Source: a virus
Length of the DNA stretch: 64,000 nt
Direction: 5' to 3' (one strand)
Virus record (IMG/VR): IMGVR_UViG_3300045988_182554
Coordinates: 1 to 64,000 of that record
The notes beneath the pieces are model-generated. The model ran no database searches, was not told the DNA's origin, and worked only from the letters and a program-made list of their open reading frames with translations. The translations under genes and the position numbers were made by a program. This document shows positions 29,884 to 39,440 of the stretch, in pieces (position 1 is the first letter of the stretch; each line of letters starts with the position of its first letter).

Positions 29884-30570
29884 ATGATTGAGCAGAAAGA
29901 CAGTGAAATTTTGGAGCTCGCGGGGTTTGCAGACCGGAACAGAAAGGCCAGGGAGGTTCATTCAGAGCCTATTTTCGTACAGGTGAACAGCAAGCTGGCA
30001 GCCTACACGATACCAGGAATGCGTTCGGAAGGAACGACCTATGATGTTCCGACTTACTCGGCACTGAAAGGTGCAATGGATTCCATCTACAAACATGTCG
30101 GTATGGAAGCGATTCCGACGGCGGTGTACATTCACTCTCCTATAAAAAAGACACGTATCCTGCTGCGAAATATTGAGAACATCGAAGGAATGCGCTCCCG
30201 CGAATGCTTAACGGATGTTTGCTACACGGTCGTTGTACGAATCGTAAGAATGGATAACATGGCTTTAGAAAGCGACCTCACAGTGCAGTACAGGAATTTC
30301 TTAGAGTATGCTTCCGACAGCTGTGGGATGGGATATCCGTATCTTGGCGTGATGGAAACACCCATGTATTTCCATCCTGTAACGGAAGCTGAAATCCTTC
30401 CGACGCTGCCCATCACATCTGATTTGTGCAACATGCCTCTGACGCCGGATTATACGAACGAATTTGAACCGGATTTGGTTTGCAGGCATCTTCGCATCGA
30501 GAATGGTGTCATCGATTTTACGAAGGGGGAGTATTTTCGCTGTTATGGATATTCTGAATGCGCTGGTTAA
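29884..30570 (+). CDS. cas5c: Cas5c (Cas5d) type I-C Cascade subunit
   Basis: TYDVPTYSALKGAMDSIYKH ... RNIEN resembles the Cas5c core SYDV-TPSAARGILEAIYWKP ... RRNEV; precedes and overlaps cas8c. Confidence 0.8.
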   Translation: MIEQKDSEILELAGFADRNRKAREVHSEPIFVQVNSKLAAYTIPGMRSEGTTYDVPTYSALKGAMDSIYKHVGMEAIPTAVYIHSPIKKTRILLRNIENIEGMRSRECLTDVCYTVVVRIVRMDNMALESDLTVQYRNFLEYASDSCGMGYPYLGVMETPMYFHPVTEAEILPTLPITSDLCNMPLTPDYTNEFEPDLVCRHLRIENGVIDFTKGEYFRCYGYSECAG

Positions 30571-32491
30571 GCACTATGATGCGATGGCAGCAGCTGGAAA
30601 TGCAACGCCTTTCGGCTGGACACACAAGTTTGCTCAATATGCCGTCGAACTAAACGATGACGGAGAAATCGATAGGATTTTCGCTCTCGGTGATTTATCC
30701 GATAAAAAGAACAAAGGCGAGGAATTCAAGATGCCAACACGCAGGCCACGGTCTGGCAAGCTGCCGATTCCGTATGTGTTCTGTGATGATGCGGAACATC
30801 TTCTCGGCAAAGTCGGTGAAGCGAGCAATCTTGTTCGATACACTATGATGCGCGACGCAGTCTTTATGCTGCGTGACCTGTTGGGACATTCTAAAGCCTT
30901 AGATGTCGTCTACAAGTTCTACGAAACGTGGGACCCAGAAAAGGCGCTTGACAATAAATGTGTCAGCGACGTAATGGAGGCGAAAGGCCAGGAAAAGAAA
31001 ACCTTTATCCTGTTCTACAATGGCGTTCCAGTTTTTGATGATGAGACATTTCGCAAAAGCTATGCGGCGATTGTCAATAAATATGGGGAAATGCCGATTG
31101 ATACACTCAAGGGCGGTGAAATTGCTCTGTTGCCGGAACCTATCAAGATTCGAAGCATGATAAGCGGCAATATCGGGTTTAAGGCTCGCTTGTTTCGAGC
31201 CATCACGGCATGGGGAAACAAAAAGAATGGCCCTGTCACAAACACTCTTTTGTCCAACAACAAAGCAAACACCGAGTATTTCGGACGTCAGCAGGGCAAC
31301 GCCATCCCCATCACAATGCAAGATGAACATAAGATTTACGAAGCGGCTACAGATTTGCTCGGCTCCAAACATCGGTTTCCGGTTCCGGCCACTTCACAGT
31401 CTCTTTATTCAAAGAATCAAATTATCTGGTCGGATGATATGCCAACAAAGCTGGAAGACGCGGTCATTGACCTATGCTGTTGCCGCAGTGATAAAGCTAA
31501 AACTATCTCTCAGGCAAATGAATCAGGTTCTGAAACCACTATCAGAATCCTTGAAAAAACAAAACTCTATCAGGGACGAATCACGGTTCTTTCGGACATT
31601 GAAAAGAACTTAGTCGTCAACGTCTGGAATCTTGATATGAATAATAAGGGATGTTCTGCATCCAGCTTTACGCAGATGACGCTTGACGAGCTGCTTGGAA
31701 ACTTTGCCAAGCATTACACTGACATGGAAATTGACCGAAGCCAGACTTGCCGAGATGCGGATGGAACCAGCCGAGATTTTGCAAGAGCCATCAACATCTA
31801 CAACTCACTTTTCGCCAAAAACAGTGATGGAAGCACGAGTTCTTTCAACAACGCTCTTTGGAAACAACTGAGTATCAGCATTTATTCCGGAACAAAGTAT
31901 CCGGAGCAAGTCCTTTCCCTGGCACTGCTTCGGTCCTGCCGTTTGCTTCAGCAAAATAAGAAAGGCAAAGAAAATCGCATCACGGCGTCTTTGGCCGGTA
32001 TCACAAAAGCGTTCTTAATTCGCAATTACGGAGAGAATATGACGATGGGACTCAACTCAAACAACACCAGCCCTGCTTATATCACAGGACGAATCTTCGC
32101 ACATATGGAAAGTGCGCAGAGAAAGATTGACCCCAACAACCAAACCACTTACGCTAAACGGTTCTTTGAGCGAGTTATGATGAACCCGGCCAAAACCATG
32201 CCGGAACTTCACAAGAGTTTCCTTCTTTTGAAGAACAAGGCTAAAGCAAATGGCATGAGAGGTCTTTATAATTCCAGCGACAAGAAAATTATGGCTCTTA
32301 TCGATATGCTGGATGGCAACTATCCCGACCATCTATCCGAAAAGCAAAAAGGTGAATATCTCGTCGGATACTATCAGCAGCGAAGCGCAAACATCAAGGA
32401 TGCCGAGGAGAAGAAAAACCGGAAAGCCGCCAAAATTGAAACTAATAATACGGATACTGCGACAACCGTTGCAACACAAAAGGAGAAGTAA
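30545..32491 (+). CDS. cas8c: Cas8c (Csd1) type I-C large subunit
   Basis: MDILNALVKHYDAMAAAG N-terminus (Csd1 MILQAL..YY pattern); about 650 aa; start overlaps cas5c by 26 nt. Confidence 0.85.
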   Translation: MDILNALVKHYDAMAAAGNATPFGWTHKFAQYAVELNDDGEIDRIFALGDLSDKKNKGEEFKMPTRRPRSGKLPIPYVFCDDAEHLLGKVGEASNLVRYTMMRDAVFMLRDLLGHSKALDVVYKFYETWDPEKALDNKCVSDVMEAKGQEKKTFILFYNGVPVFDDETFRKSYAAIVNKYGEMPIDTLKGGEIALLPEPIKIRSMISGNIGFKARLFRAITAWGNKKNGPVTNTLLSNNKANTEYFGRQQGNAIPITMQDEHKIYEAATDLLGSKHRFPVPATSQSLYSKNQIIWSDDMPTKLEDAVIDLCCCRSDKAKTISQANESGSETTIRILEKTKLYQGRITVLSDIEKNLVVNVWNLDMNNKGCSASSFTQMTLDELLGNFAKHYTDMEIDRSQTCRDADGTSRDFARAINIYNSLFAKNSDGSTSSFNNALWKQLSISIYSGTKYPEQVLSLALLRSCRLLQQNKKGKENRITASLAGITKAFLIRNYGENMTMGLNSNNTSPAYITGRIFAHMESAQRKIDPNNQTTYAKRFFERVMMNPAKTMPELHKSFLLLKNKAKANGMRGLYNSSDKKIMALIDMLDGNYPDHLSEKQKGEYLVGYYQQRSANIKDAEEKKNRKAAKIETNNTDTATTVATQKEK

Positions 32492-32493
32492 CA

Positions 32494-33456
32494 ATGTCTG
32501 AACTCGTTAAGAATCCTATCACCATTGTTCTAGCGTTTGATGCGCAGAACTGTAATCCCAATGGGGACCCCGACAACGACAACAACCCGCGTCAGTTTGA
32601 GGATGGAATCGGGTACATGTCGTCCGAAAGCATCAAATATAAGATTCGCAGCTACATCCGTGACAAGGTCTTGTTTGACGGTCTGGAAAAGAACAGCCAT
32701 GCACTATATTGCAGCCCCGATACTTTTTCCATTGAGCGCAGCGTTAAAGAGTGCCTGGAGCCTATCATCGGCAAAAAAACCAAAGGCATCCCCGATGACC
32801 AGCAGCTGGAGGCTTATAAGGAGCTGTGCCGGTACTACTATGATACTCGCATGTTTGGGCTTGTGAATACGAGTTATTCCAACTGCAGCCTTCTCAACCG
32901 CATCAAGGGTGCCTGCCAGGTATCTATGCCGATGTCCTATGACCCTATCGAAATCATCCCGATGACGATTACTCGCTGCTGCGTTGCTTCCGATGCTGAA
33001 CGCAAAGGCGAAGATAAAGGCGCCAAGAAGGGCGTCAGTATCGACGAAAGCGACGATGGAGCCGAAAAGAAGACGAAAGACCACATGATAGGCCGTCGAA
33101 GCATTATCAGATATGGGCTGTATCACATGAGCATTCAAATCAACAGTGCAATGGCACAGCGTAACGGTGTTACGATGGATGACGTTAATTTGTTGATTGA
33201 TGCGCTGCAGCATATGTTCGAGGAAGATATGAGCTCCAGCAGAGCCCTAACGCTGCGTAAGTTGTTTGTCGTTGAACACACCAAACCGATGGGAAATGCT
33301 TATCGGGACACCATTGAGCGGGCACTGGCGGCTCGACTGAAGCAACCTAATGATGCACCTACATCTTATGAGGATTACGAGGTGACTTATCACCGCGAAA
33401 TGCTGCCTGATGAGGTCAAGGTGACTGAGTATAATTATAACAGTCAAAGCGTTTGA
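32494..33456 (+). CDS. cas7c: Cas7c (Csd2) type I-C backbone subunit
   Basis: AFDAQNCNPNGDPDNDN hallmark NPNGDP motif; AAGGAGAAG RBS. Confidence 0.9.
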   Translation: MSELVKNPITIVLAFDAQNCNPNGDPDNDNNPRQFEDGIGYMSSESIKYKIRSYIRDKVLFDGLEKNSHALYCSPDTFSIERSVKECLEPIIGKKTKGIPDDQQLEAYKELCRYYYDTRMFGLVNTSYSNCSLLNRIKGACQVSMPMSYDPIEIIPMTITRCCVASDAERKGEDKGAKKGVSIDESDDGAEKKTKDHMIGRRSIIRYGLYHMSIQINSAMAQRNGVTMDDVNLLIDALQHMFEEDMSSSRALTLRKLFVVEHTKPMGNAYRDTIERALAARLKQPNDAPTSYEDYEVTYHREMLPDEVKVTEYNYNSQSV

Positions 33457-33753
33457 CAAAAACTAATAATTGCTGGTCAACAAAACTGTATAAGATTGAA
33501 AACACAATAGTCTGCCTCTTGTTAATACGTTGCAAGTGAGAACCTGCGGGACTACAAAAGTGATGCACTATGCCACATATGATTGAAACGATATTTTGCT
33601 ATGGTGCGGAAATGCAGCGGCTGCAGGTAACACAACTGCCGTAAGAAAGGCTACAAAGCGGCCCATGAGGTCGCGTAAGATTATGCGCCCATCTGCAAAC
33701 GCGGGTGGACGTTCTTTTTTTGCCAAAAATAAAAATAAAACGTGATAAAAACC

Positions 33754-33781
33754 TTGCACATCTGTGCGAATCAGATATAAT
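33754..33781 (+). promoter_or_regulatory. promoter-operator copy 13 (TTGCAC-16-TATAAT)
   Basis: Upstream of UvrD-like helicase gene. Confidence 0.6.
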
Positions 33782-33864
33782 AGCCCTAATAAGATAAAAA
33801 TTGTGCCCTGACGGCATCTGAATTGGATGCTGCCGGGGCATTTTTGTTGTTAGGAGATATAGCT

Positions 33865-36585
33865 ATGACGCTGAACGACTTGTCAAGCGAACAACAGGAA
33901 TTCGTACATTTGGCATTGTCGGGAAAAAACGTATTGTGTGACGCCTGCATTGGCAGCGGAAAGACATCGACCATCAACGTGCTCTGTGATGCGTACCCTC
34001 CAGAACGGCGTATCCTGTACTTGACCTATAACCGATTACTCAAACTTGACGCCAAAGACAAAATCAAAAATCATAATGTCTTGGTCCAGAACTATCACGG
34101 ATTTGCAAGCCTGCTGCTGAACAAAAAGAGAATCCGGAATTGCGGACAGGGCGAACAGCTTGCCATGGTATTGGAAAAGAAAATTCCGATTCCGCCAATT
34201 GATACTCTTATCATTGACGAGTATCAGGATATCAATGACGAGATTGCAGAACTGCTCAAATATATCCGTTCTAAGAATCCGGGCCTTCAAATCGTCGCAG
34301 TGGGCGATATGAAGCAGAAAATCTACGATGATACAGCGCTGGATGTCTGGGAGTTCATGCAGGATTTTCTCGGCCGCCATGAACAGGTGGTTTTCACGAA
34401 ATGCTTCCGTATTTCTCATGACTTGGCAGAACGACTCGGCAATATCTGGGGCAAGACCATCAACGGCGTAAATAGCTCCTGTATCGTGGAACAGATGTCG
34501 GTCGATGAAGTGACAGAGTTCCTGAATAAGCAGAACCCCAAAAATGTCCTTTGCCTGGGTGCTCGAATTGGAGCCATGACGAAGGTGCTCAATGACTTAG
34601 AGAATCGACCGGGGAACCTCTATGACAAGCATCATGTCTATGCAAGTATCGCAGACAATGATGGGAATAAGGCGGTAGCACCCTCCTCGGATGTTGGTAT
34701 CTTCACAACTTTTGACGGCAGCAAAGGTATGGAGCGGCCTATCTGCGTTGTGTTTGATTTCACGGAAGAATACTGGTCGTCTCGCACAAGCAAACCGATG
34801 GCACGATATGAGATTCTTCGGAATCTGTTTTGTGTCGCAGCAAGCCGAGGAAAGCAGCGGATTATCTTCGTAAACTCAGACCATCCGTTGAGCGATAAAT
34901 CTCTGATGACCCCAACTGAAACTCTTCGCGGATTTCCGCATCCGTTCGCATTTTCTGAGATGTTTGACCACAAATTCATCGAAGATGTGGATGCTTGCTA
35001 TAAGCTGCTGGAAGTCACACCGATTGAGCACAACGACAATACGACCATCGATGTGCAGGCAGCGGATGCCATGATTGACTTGTCTCCCTGCATCAGCATC
35101 TATATGCAGGCAGGGTTCTTCAACTCCTACGACATTGATGACGCACTTGCATATTATATGGACCTACACAAGGACATGCAGTATTTGAAAATCAAGAAGG
35201 GCGCAACGGTCGAGGATAAGGTTCTGCTGCTCACGGCGCTTGAAACGAATCAGTGCCGGTATGTAAAACAGGTCAAGCCTCCTTTTGTGAACGCAAAAGC
35301 CAAAATGTCGCTCAGTATGCGGCTTGGCACCGTGTTCACTCCCGATGAGTATGTTCAGGCACGCGGAGATATCGACATTCATACTAATGACCATAAAGTG
35401 ATTTATGCCTCGGGCCTTGCGGATGTCGTAAAGAACAGCACCGTCTACTGCATCAAGTTCATCAGCAGTCTGGCACACAAGCATTTTCTGCAGTGTGCGT
35501 GTTCTATGATTGCGCTGGGTCTTCCATATGGCGTTGTCTGGAACGTGAAAAGTAACCTGATGTACAGCGTAAAAATCAAGGATAAGGACGCTCTGATTGA
35601 CGCAATCCTCAAGTGCATCACGAAACGAGCTTACAACGGCGCGGATTATTACACCTGCCGAAAAGGCTTTGTACAGGATACGGCATCGATTATCGACCGC
35701 TGGACTGACGACGGATATGCGGAAGAACCCACCGCCATCACTTCTGGCGACGGTATCGCCATCATCAAGCAGGAAAGCCGCTATTTTGTGATGGATGGAG
35801 CACGCCGAAACACTCTGAACGATAATTTTGGGCTTGGTTTTGCCGATGTGAAAGACGCTTGTCTTGCTTATGCGAAGAGTTGCGAACTTCAAAAAACCGT
35901 GGACCATGATTCTCCTTATTCCGAAGTCGAGTTCTGGCTCGACCAGAACAAGGCGTTTGAAGAATACATGACTCAGGTAAGCCATGAAATCGAGCAGCAC
36001 GAAGAAGGACCGTATGCAAAATACAAGTCTTTCGCTACGCCTGCTGTCCGAAAGATGCTGGCGGAAAAGGGACTGACCATCACGTTCCCGGAAAAAGTCC
36101 TCATCAAGGTTTGGAAGATGCGCCGTGTCGAAGATGCCATGTATCAGAAAATCGAAGAAGCAAAGAAGCAGAACAGCTCCAATGTACCGCTTGATGAGGC
36201 GTTCTTTGACTCTGAACTGGTGGATTCCGTCGAAGGAAATACCGAAAACACCAAGGCAAAAGCCAAACCCCAAAAGGAATCCGCATTGCCGTTCTCCAAG
36301 TACGGTGTAGATGAGAAAAAGAGCTACCGTGTCGTGAAAAGCGATGAGCTCTCAAAGCCCAACCAGCCCCGTTATGTTGTGGTCGAGGCCGCAACTGATA
36401 AGGTCCTGGACAATGCTAACGGATATGGCTACCTTTCCTATCAGGCTGCCTGGAAAGGCTATTCGTACAAGAGCAAGCATCATCTGGACGGCACGAAGAA
36501 ACCGATGAGTAAGAGTGCAAAAGAGCAGGCAAAGAAAAAGGCGGCTTTCTTCTCGACCGATTCGGAGCAGCTCAGCTTTGGCTGA
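33865..36585 (+). CDS. UvrD/PcrA-like SF1 helicase with long C-terminal region (possible nuclease)
   Basis: CIGSGKTSTI Walker A; LIIDEYQDIND motif II; TAGGAGA RBS; C-terminal about 450 aa unassigned. Confidence 0.8.
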   Translation: MTLNDLSSEQQEFVHLALSGKNVLCDACIGSGKTSTINVLCDAYPPERRILYLTYNRLLKLDAKDKIKNHNVLVQNYHGFASLLLNKKRIRNCGQGEQLAMVLEKKIPIPPIDTLIIDEYQDINDEIAELLKYIRSKNPGLQIVAVGDMKQKIYDDTALDVWEFMQDFLGRHEQVVFTKCFRISHDLAERLGNIWGKTINGVNSSCIVEQMSVDEVTEFLNKQNPKNVLCLGARIGAMTKVLNDLENRPGNLYDKHHVYASIADNDGNKAVAPSSDVGIFTTFDGSKGMERPICVVFDFTEEYWSSRTSKPMARYEILRNLFCVAASRGKQRIIFVNSDHPLSDKSLMTPTETLRGFPHPFAFSEMFDHKFIEDVDACYKLLEVTPIEHNDNTTIDVQAADAMIDLSPCISIYMQAGFFNSYDIDDALAYYMDLHKDMQYLKIKKGATVEDKVLLLTALETNQCRYVKQVKPPFVNAKAKMSLSMRLGTVFTPDEYVQARGDIDIHTNDHKVIYASGLADVVKNSTVYCIKFISSLAHKHFLQCACSMIALGLPYGVVWNVKSNLMYSVKIKDKDALIDAILKCITKRAYNGADYYTCRKGFVQDTASIIDRWTDDGYAEEPTAITSGDGIAIIKQESRYFVMDGARRNTLNDNFGLGFADVKDACLAYAKSCELQKTVDHDSPYSEVEFWLDQNKAFEEYMTQVSHEIEQHEEGPYAKYKSFATPAVRKMLAEKGLTITFPEKVLIKVWKMRRVEDAMYQKIEEAKKQNSSNVPLDEAFFDSELVDSVEGNTENTKAKAKPQKESALPFSKYGVDEKKSYRVVKSDELSKPNQPRYVVVEAATDKVLDNANGYGYLSYQAAWKGYSYKSKHHLDGTKKPMSKSAKEQAKKKAAFFSTDSEQLSFG

Positions 36586-36632
36586 TTCAGAAAATCAACA
36601 ACAGATTTCACGATTAAAAGGAGGAGGAAATC

Positions 36633-37406
36633 ATGGCAGCCAAAAAGGATAAGATGATTCCGTCTGAGAAAGAACGGAAAAGAGCACTGAAATATGCGAC
36701 CCCGGCAGGTACGGGTCGGATGTGGGTAACAATGGGAATCGCCTTTATAATTTTCGGCATTATCTTGCTGCTGATTCCAATTGGCCTTGCTATCTCGGAG
36801 GCATCAGCGCAGAGATACGACCCCGAAAGCATCCATACAGCAACACTTGTATTCTATCTGCTTGGCGCATTTTTTGGTTTCTGCGGATGTTTCTGCGTTA
36901 TCTTTGGTAAGCTTGCCGTCAAAGCATTTGCGGAAATACTGTGCAAGGGTGAAATTAACTATCCGGTAGCGGAATACAAAACACCTAAGAAACTGCTGCT
37001 TCAAGAGGCAGCAACTATCAACCAGAGTCCTAATGCTCCATTGACAGCTTCCACATTCGGGAACTGGATTGATTTTGAAGCCGATTGGCAAAACTGCCTT
37101 TCCATTCATAATGGCATCTTGCAGAGTCATCAGATTTTCAAAAAACTGATTCTTGTACAAGACAATTTTACTTACAAAGAGCTGGACTACGAGAATAACT
37201 CGGAGCTCGGCGTCGGAGTCAAAACATTCGCCGCAGGAAGCACAACGACCATCGGCAAAATGAAAGGCCACAAGCTCATTTATAATATCGGCATGAATCT
37301 TTCCAATGGCAAACTGGGAGTTAACAGCTATTCCATCGATACATTGGACGTCACGAATGAAGTACATAAATGGTTAGCTGACCACGGATACACCCGCACA
37401 GACTAA
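36633..37406 (+). CDS. membrane protein (2-3 TM), operonic with helicase
   Basis: AAAGGAGGAGG RBS 48 nt after helicase stop; hydrophobic MWVTMGIAFIIFGIILLLIPIGLAI. Confidence 0.6.
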   Translation: MAAKKDKMIPSEKERKRALKYATPAGTGRMWVTMGIAFIIFGIILLLIPIGLAISEASAQRYDPESIHTATLVFYLLGAFFGFCGCFCVIFGKLAVKAFAEILCKGEINYPVAEYKTPKKLLLQEAATINQSPNAPLTASTFGNWIDFEADWQNCLSIHNGILQSHQIFKKLILVQDNFTYKELDYENNSELGVGVKTFAAGSTTTIGKMKGHKLIYNIGMNLSNGKLGVNSYSIDTLDVTNEVHKWLADHGYTRTD

Positions 37407-37417
37407 GAAATAGCTTT

Positions 37418-37563
37418 GTTCGTTGTCGATACTTCCGGTTCAATGCGCGGAGAACCTATCAATGCACTGAAAACGGCCATGATTAACACCATCCAGTATA
37501 TCAATGACGACAACTATATCGGCATCCTCGATGAGTTGCTGGATATTCTTAACGATAAATAAT
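37418..37563 (+). pseudogene. truncated VWA-domain gene fragment (near-copy of 11266-11392)
   Basis: About 120 bp about 85% identical to the MIDAS region of the VWA gene; encodes FVVDTSGSMRGEPINALKTAMINTIQYINDDNYIGI with no start codon. Confidence 0.7.
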
Positions 37564-37619
37564 TGATTTTTACACCTCCGATGTTACGGCATCGGGGGTT
37601 TTGTTTTTGGGAGGATACT

Positions 37620-39440
37620 ATGAGTAAGGGAATGCGTACAGAGGACGAGGTTCGTGACAGTGCCAAGCTGGTTCTTGGCTTTGATAAGACCGAAGATGGA
37701 GCGCAGCAGGGGACTGGGCAAATCACTACCTTCAATCAGTTGGGATTCCGTGGCTGTAATGATAAGCCGGATGGCTGGTATCTGCCGGATGACGCCAGCA
37801 AACCCGCCATCATTCTGGAGACGAAATCAGAAGCAGAAGGTGTTTCCAAGGAAAAGCATGTCAAGGAACTGTTCAAGAATATCGATGTTGTTGCCAAGAA
37901 ATACTCCAAGACCATCGGTATTCTTTATAGCGGCAGTGCTATCCGCGTATTCAGAAACAAAATCGAGCTGTCTGATGCGTCCAAGCACTTGGAAAACAAG
38001 GACTACTATATCCGCCTGTGTACGAGCCAGAAACTCGATAACAACTACATCTTCGAAATCACGCAGAAAATCAACAACAGCCTGCATTTCAAGTTCGGTA
38101 TGACGGACCTGCAGGACCGGATGATTTTCACGGCTTGTGCCCTTGTCGCCCAGCGCTACAACCCTCAGAACGGTCTTCAAAAACTGAAAGACATGGATTA
38201 CAGCACCTTCCATAACTGGATTTACAGTGCCCTGTCTAAGGCTCTGGAAGATGATAAGAAGCAGAATAGCAAGCTGGATGTACTCTTGGAGGAGTATGCC
38301 TCTGTCCGTATGTCTATTACGGAGAATCAGGAAGCCATCAACGATTTCATCGACAATGTCTGCCAGATTGCCGACCTCGTCAATTCCGATAACTGGAATG
38401 GTGAGGATGTCATGGCAATCTTCTTCAATGAATTCAACCGCTACCGTGGCAAGGCTCAGGCGGGACAGGTGTTTACCCCTGACCATATTGCATCCTTTAT
38501 GTACCGACTCATTGATGTGAATATGAATGACCGGGTTCTGGATGCCACCTGTGGTTCCGGCACCTTCCTCGTGAAGAGCATGTGCAATATGATTCGTGAG
38601 GCAGGCGGCAGCAATACCAGCAAGGCAAAGCAAATCAAGTCTGAGCAGTTGTTCGGCATCGAGATGTACCGGAAAGTCTACGCTTTGGCTTGTGCAAACA
38701 TGATGATTCACAAGGACGGTAAGACCAACCTTGTGCAGATGGATGCCACTTCGGCTGAGGCGACTGAATGGATTCGGAAACAAAAAATCACGAAGGCCCT
38801 GATGAATCCGCCTTACGAGAGACGATACGGTTGTGCAACAATCGTTGCTAATGTGTTGGATAGCGTTCCTGCAGGTACGAAGTGTGCCTTCATTCTCCCG
38901 GATAAGAAGATGGAGAAGGAATCCAAGTTGAAAGCCTTGCTGGAACGCCATACTCTGACCACCATCATCAAGCTGCCTGAGAACCTTTTCTTCGGTCTGG
39001 GCGTTACTACTTCTATCTTCATCTTCGAGACTGGCAAGCCTCAGAATGGGCGCAACATCAAGGGCTACTATGTGGCTGATGACGGTCTGGAGACTGTCAA
39101 GAACAAGGGTCGGCAGGATGTACACGACAAGTGGCCTGCGCTGGAAGATTACTGGGTTAAGGCGATTCAGGATGACAACGATGACCGCTACAATACCCGC
39201 CAGCTTATCAATCCGGCTGAACACCTGTCCTATCAGATGCCGGAGAAACCCTTTGAGTTGTACGAGGAGGATTTCATCAAGACCGTGATGGACTACGAAA
39301 TGTACAAGCGTGGCATCAACGCCAAGGAGTTCGGGGACAAACTGCTGCAGAAGGTGCTCTATGGTTCGACTGTGACCGGCACTGAGGAAGGCACGAACAT
39401 TCTGGTGGGGAAAGGAGAAAGCAATAATGGGGAAGATTGA
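37620..39440 (+). CDS. BcgI-A-like type IIB restriction-modification enzyme (PD-ExK nuclease + N6-adenine methyltransferase)
   Basis: N-terminal LPDD...IILETK (PD-ExK); DATCGSGTFL (motif I); LMNPPYE (motif IV). Confidence 0.8.
   Translation: MSKGMRTEDEVRDSAKLVLGFDKTEDGAQQGTGQITTFNQLGFRGCNDKPDGWYLPDDASKPAIILETKSEAEGVSKEKHVKELFKNIDVVAKKYSKTIGILYSGSAIRVFRNKIELSDASKHLENKDYYIRLCTSQKLDNNYIFEITQKINNSLHFKFGMTDLQDRMIFTACALVAQRYNPQNGLQKLKDMDYSTFHNWIYSALSKALEDDKKQNSKLDVLLEEYASVRMSITENQEAINDFIDNVCQIADLVNSDNWNGEDVMAIFFNEFNRYRGKAQAGQVFTPDHIASFMYRLIDVNMNDRVLDATCGSGTFLVKSMCNMIREAGGSNTSKAKQIKSEQLFGIEMYRKVYALACANMMIHKDGKTNLVQMDATSAEATEWIRKQKITKALMNPPYERRYGCATIVANVLDSVPAGTKCAFILPDKKMEKESKLKALLERHTLTTIIKLPENLFFGLGVTTSIFIFETGKPQNGRNIKGYYVADDGLETVKNKGRQDVHDKWPALEDYWVKAIQDDNDDRYNTRQLINPAEHLSYQMPEKPFELYEEDFIKTVMDYEMYKRGINAKEFGDKLLQKVLYGSTVTGTEEGTNILVGKGESNNGED

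Noticed and set aside
29480-33720. Canonical CRISPR array next to the cas genes
   Set aside because: No regular 30-35 bp direct repeats with 30-40 bp spacers are present; only isolated repeat-end-like motifs, reported as a finding instead.
35164-36273. 369-aa minus-strand ORF
   Set aside because: Lies inside and antisense to the UvrD-like helicase gene.
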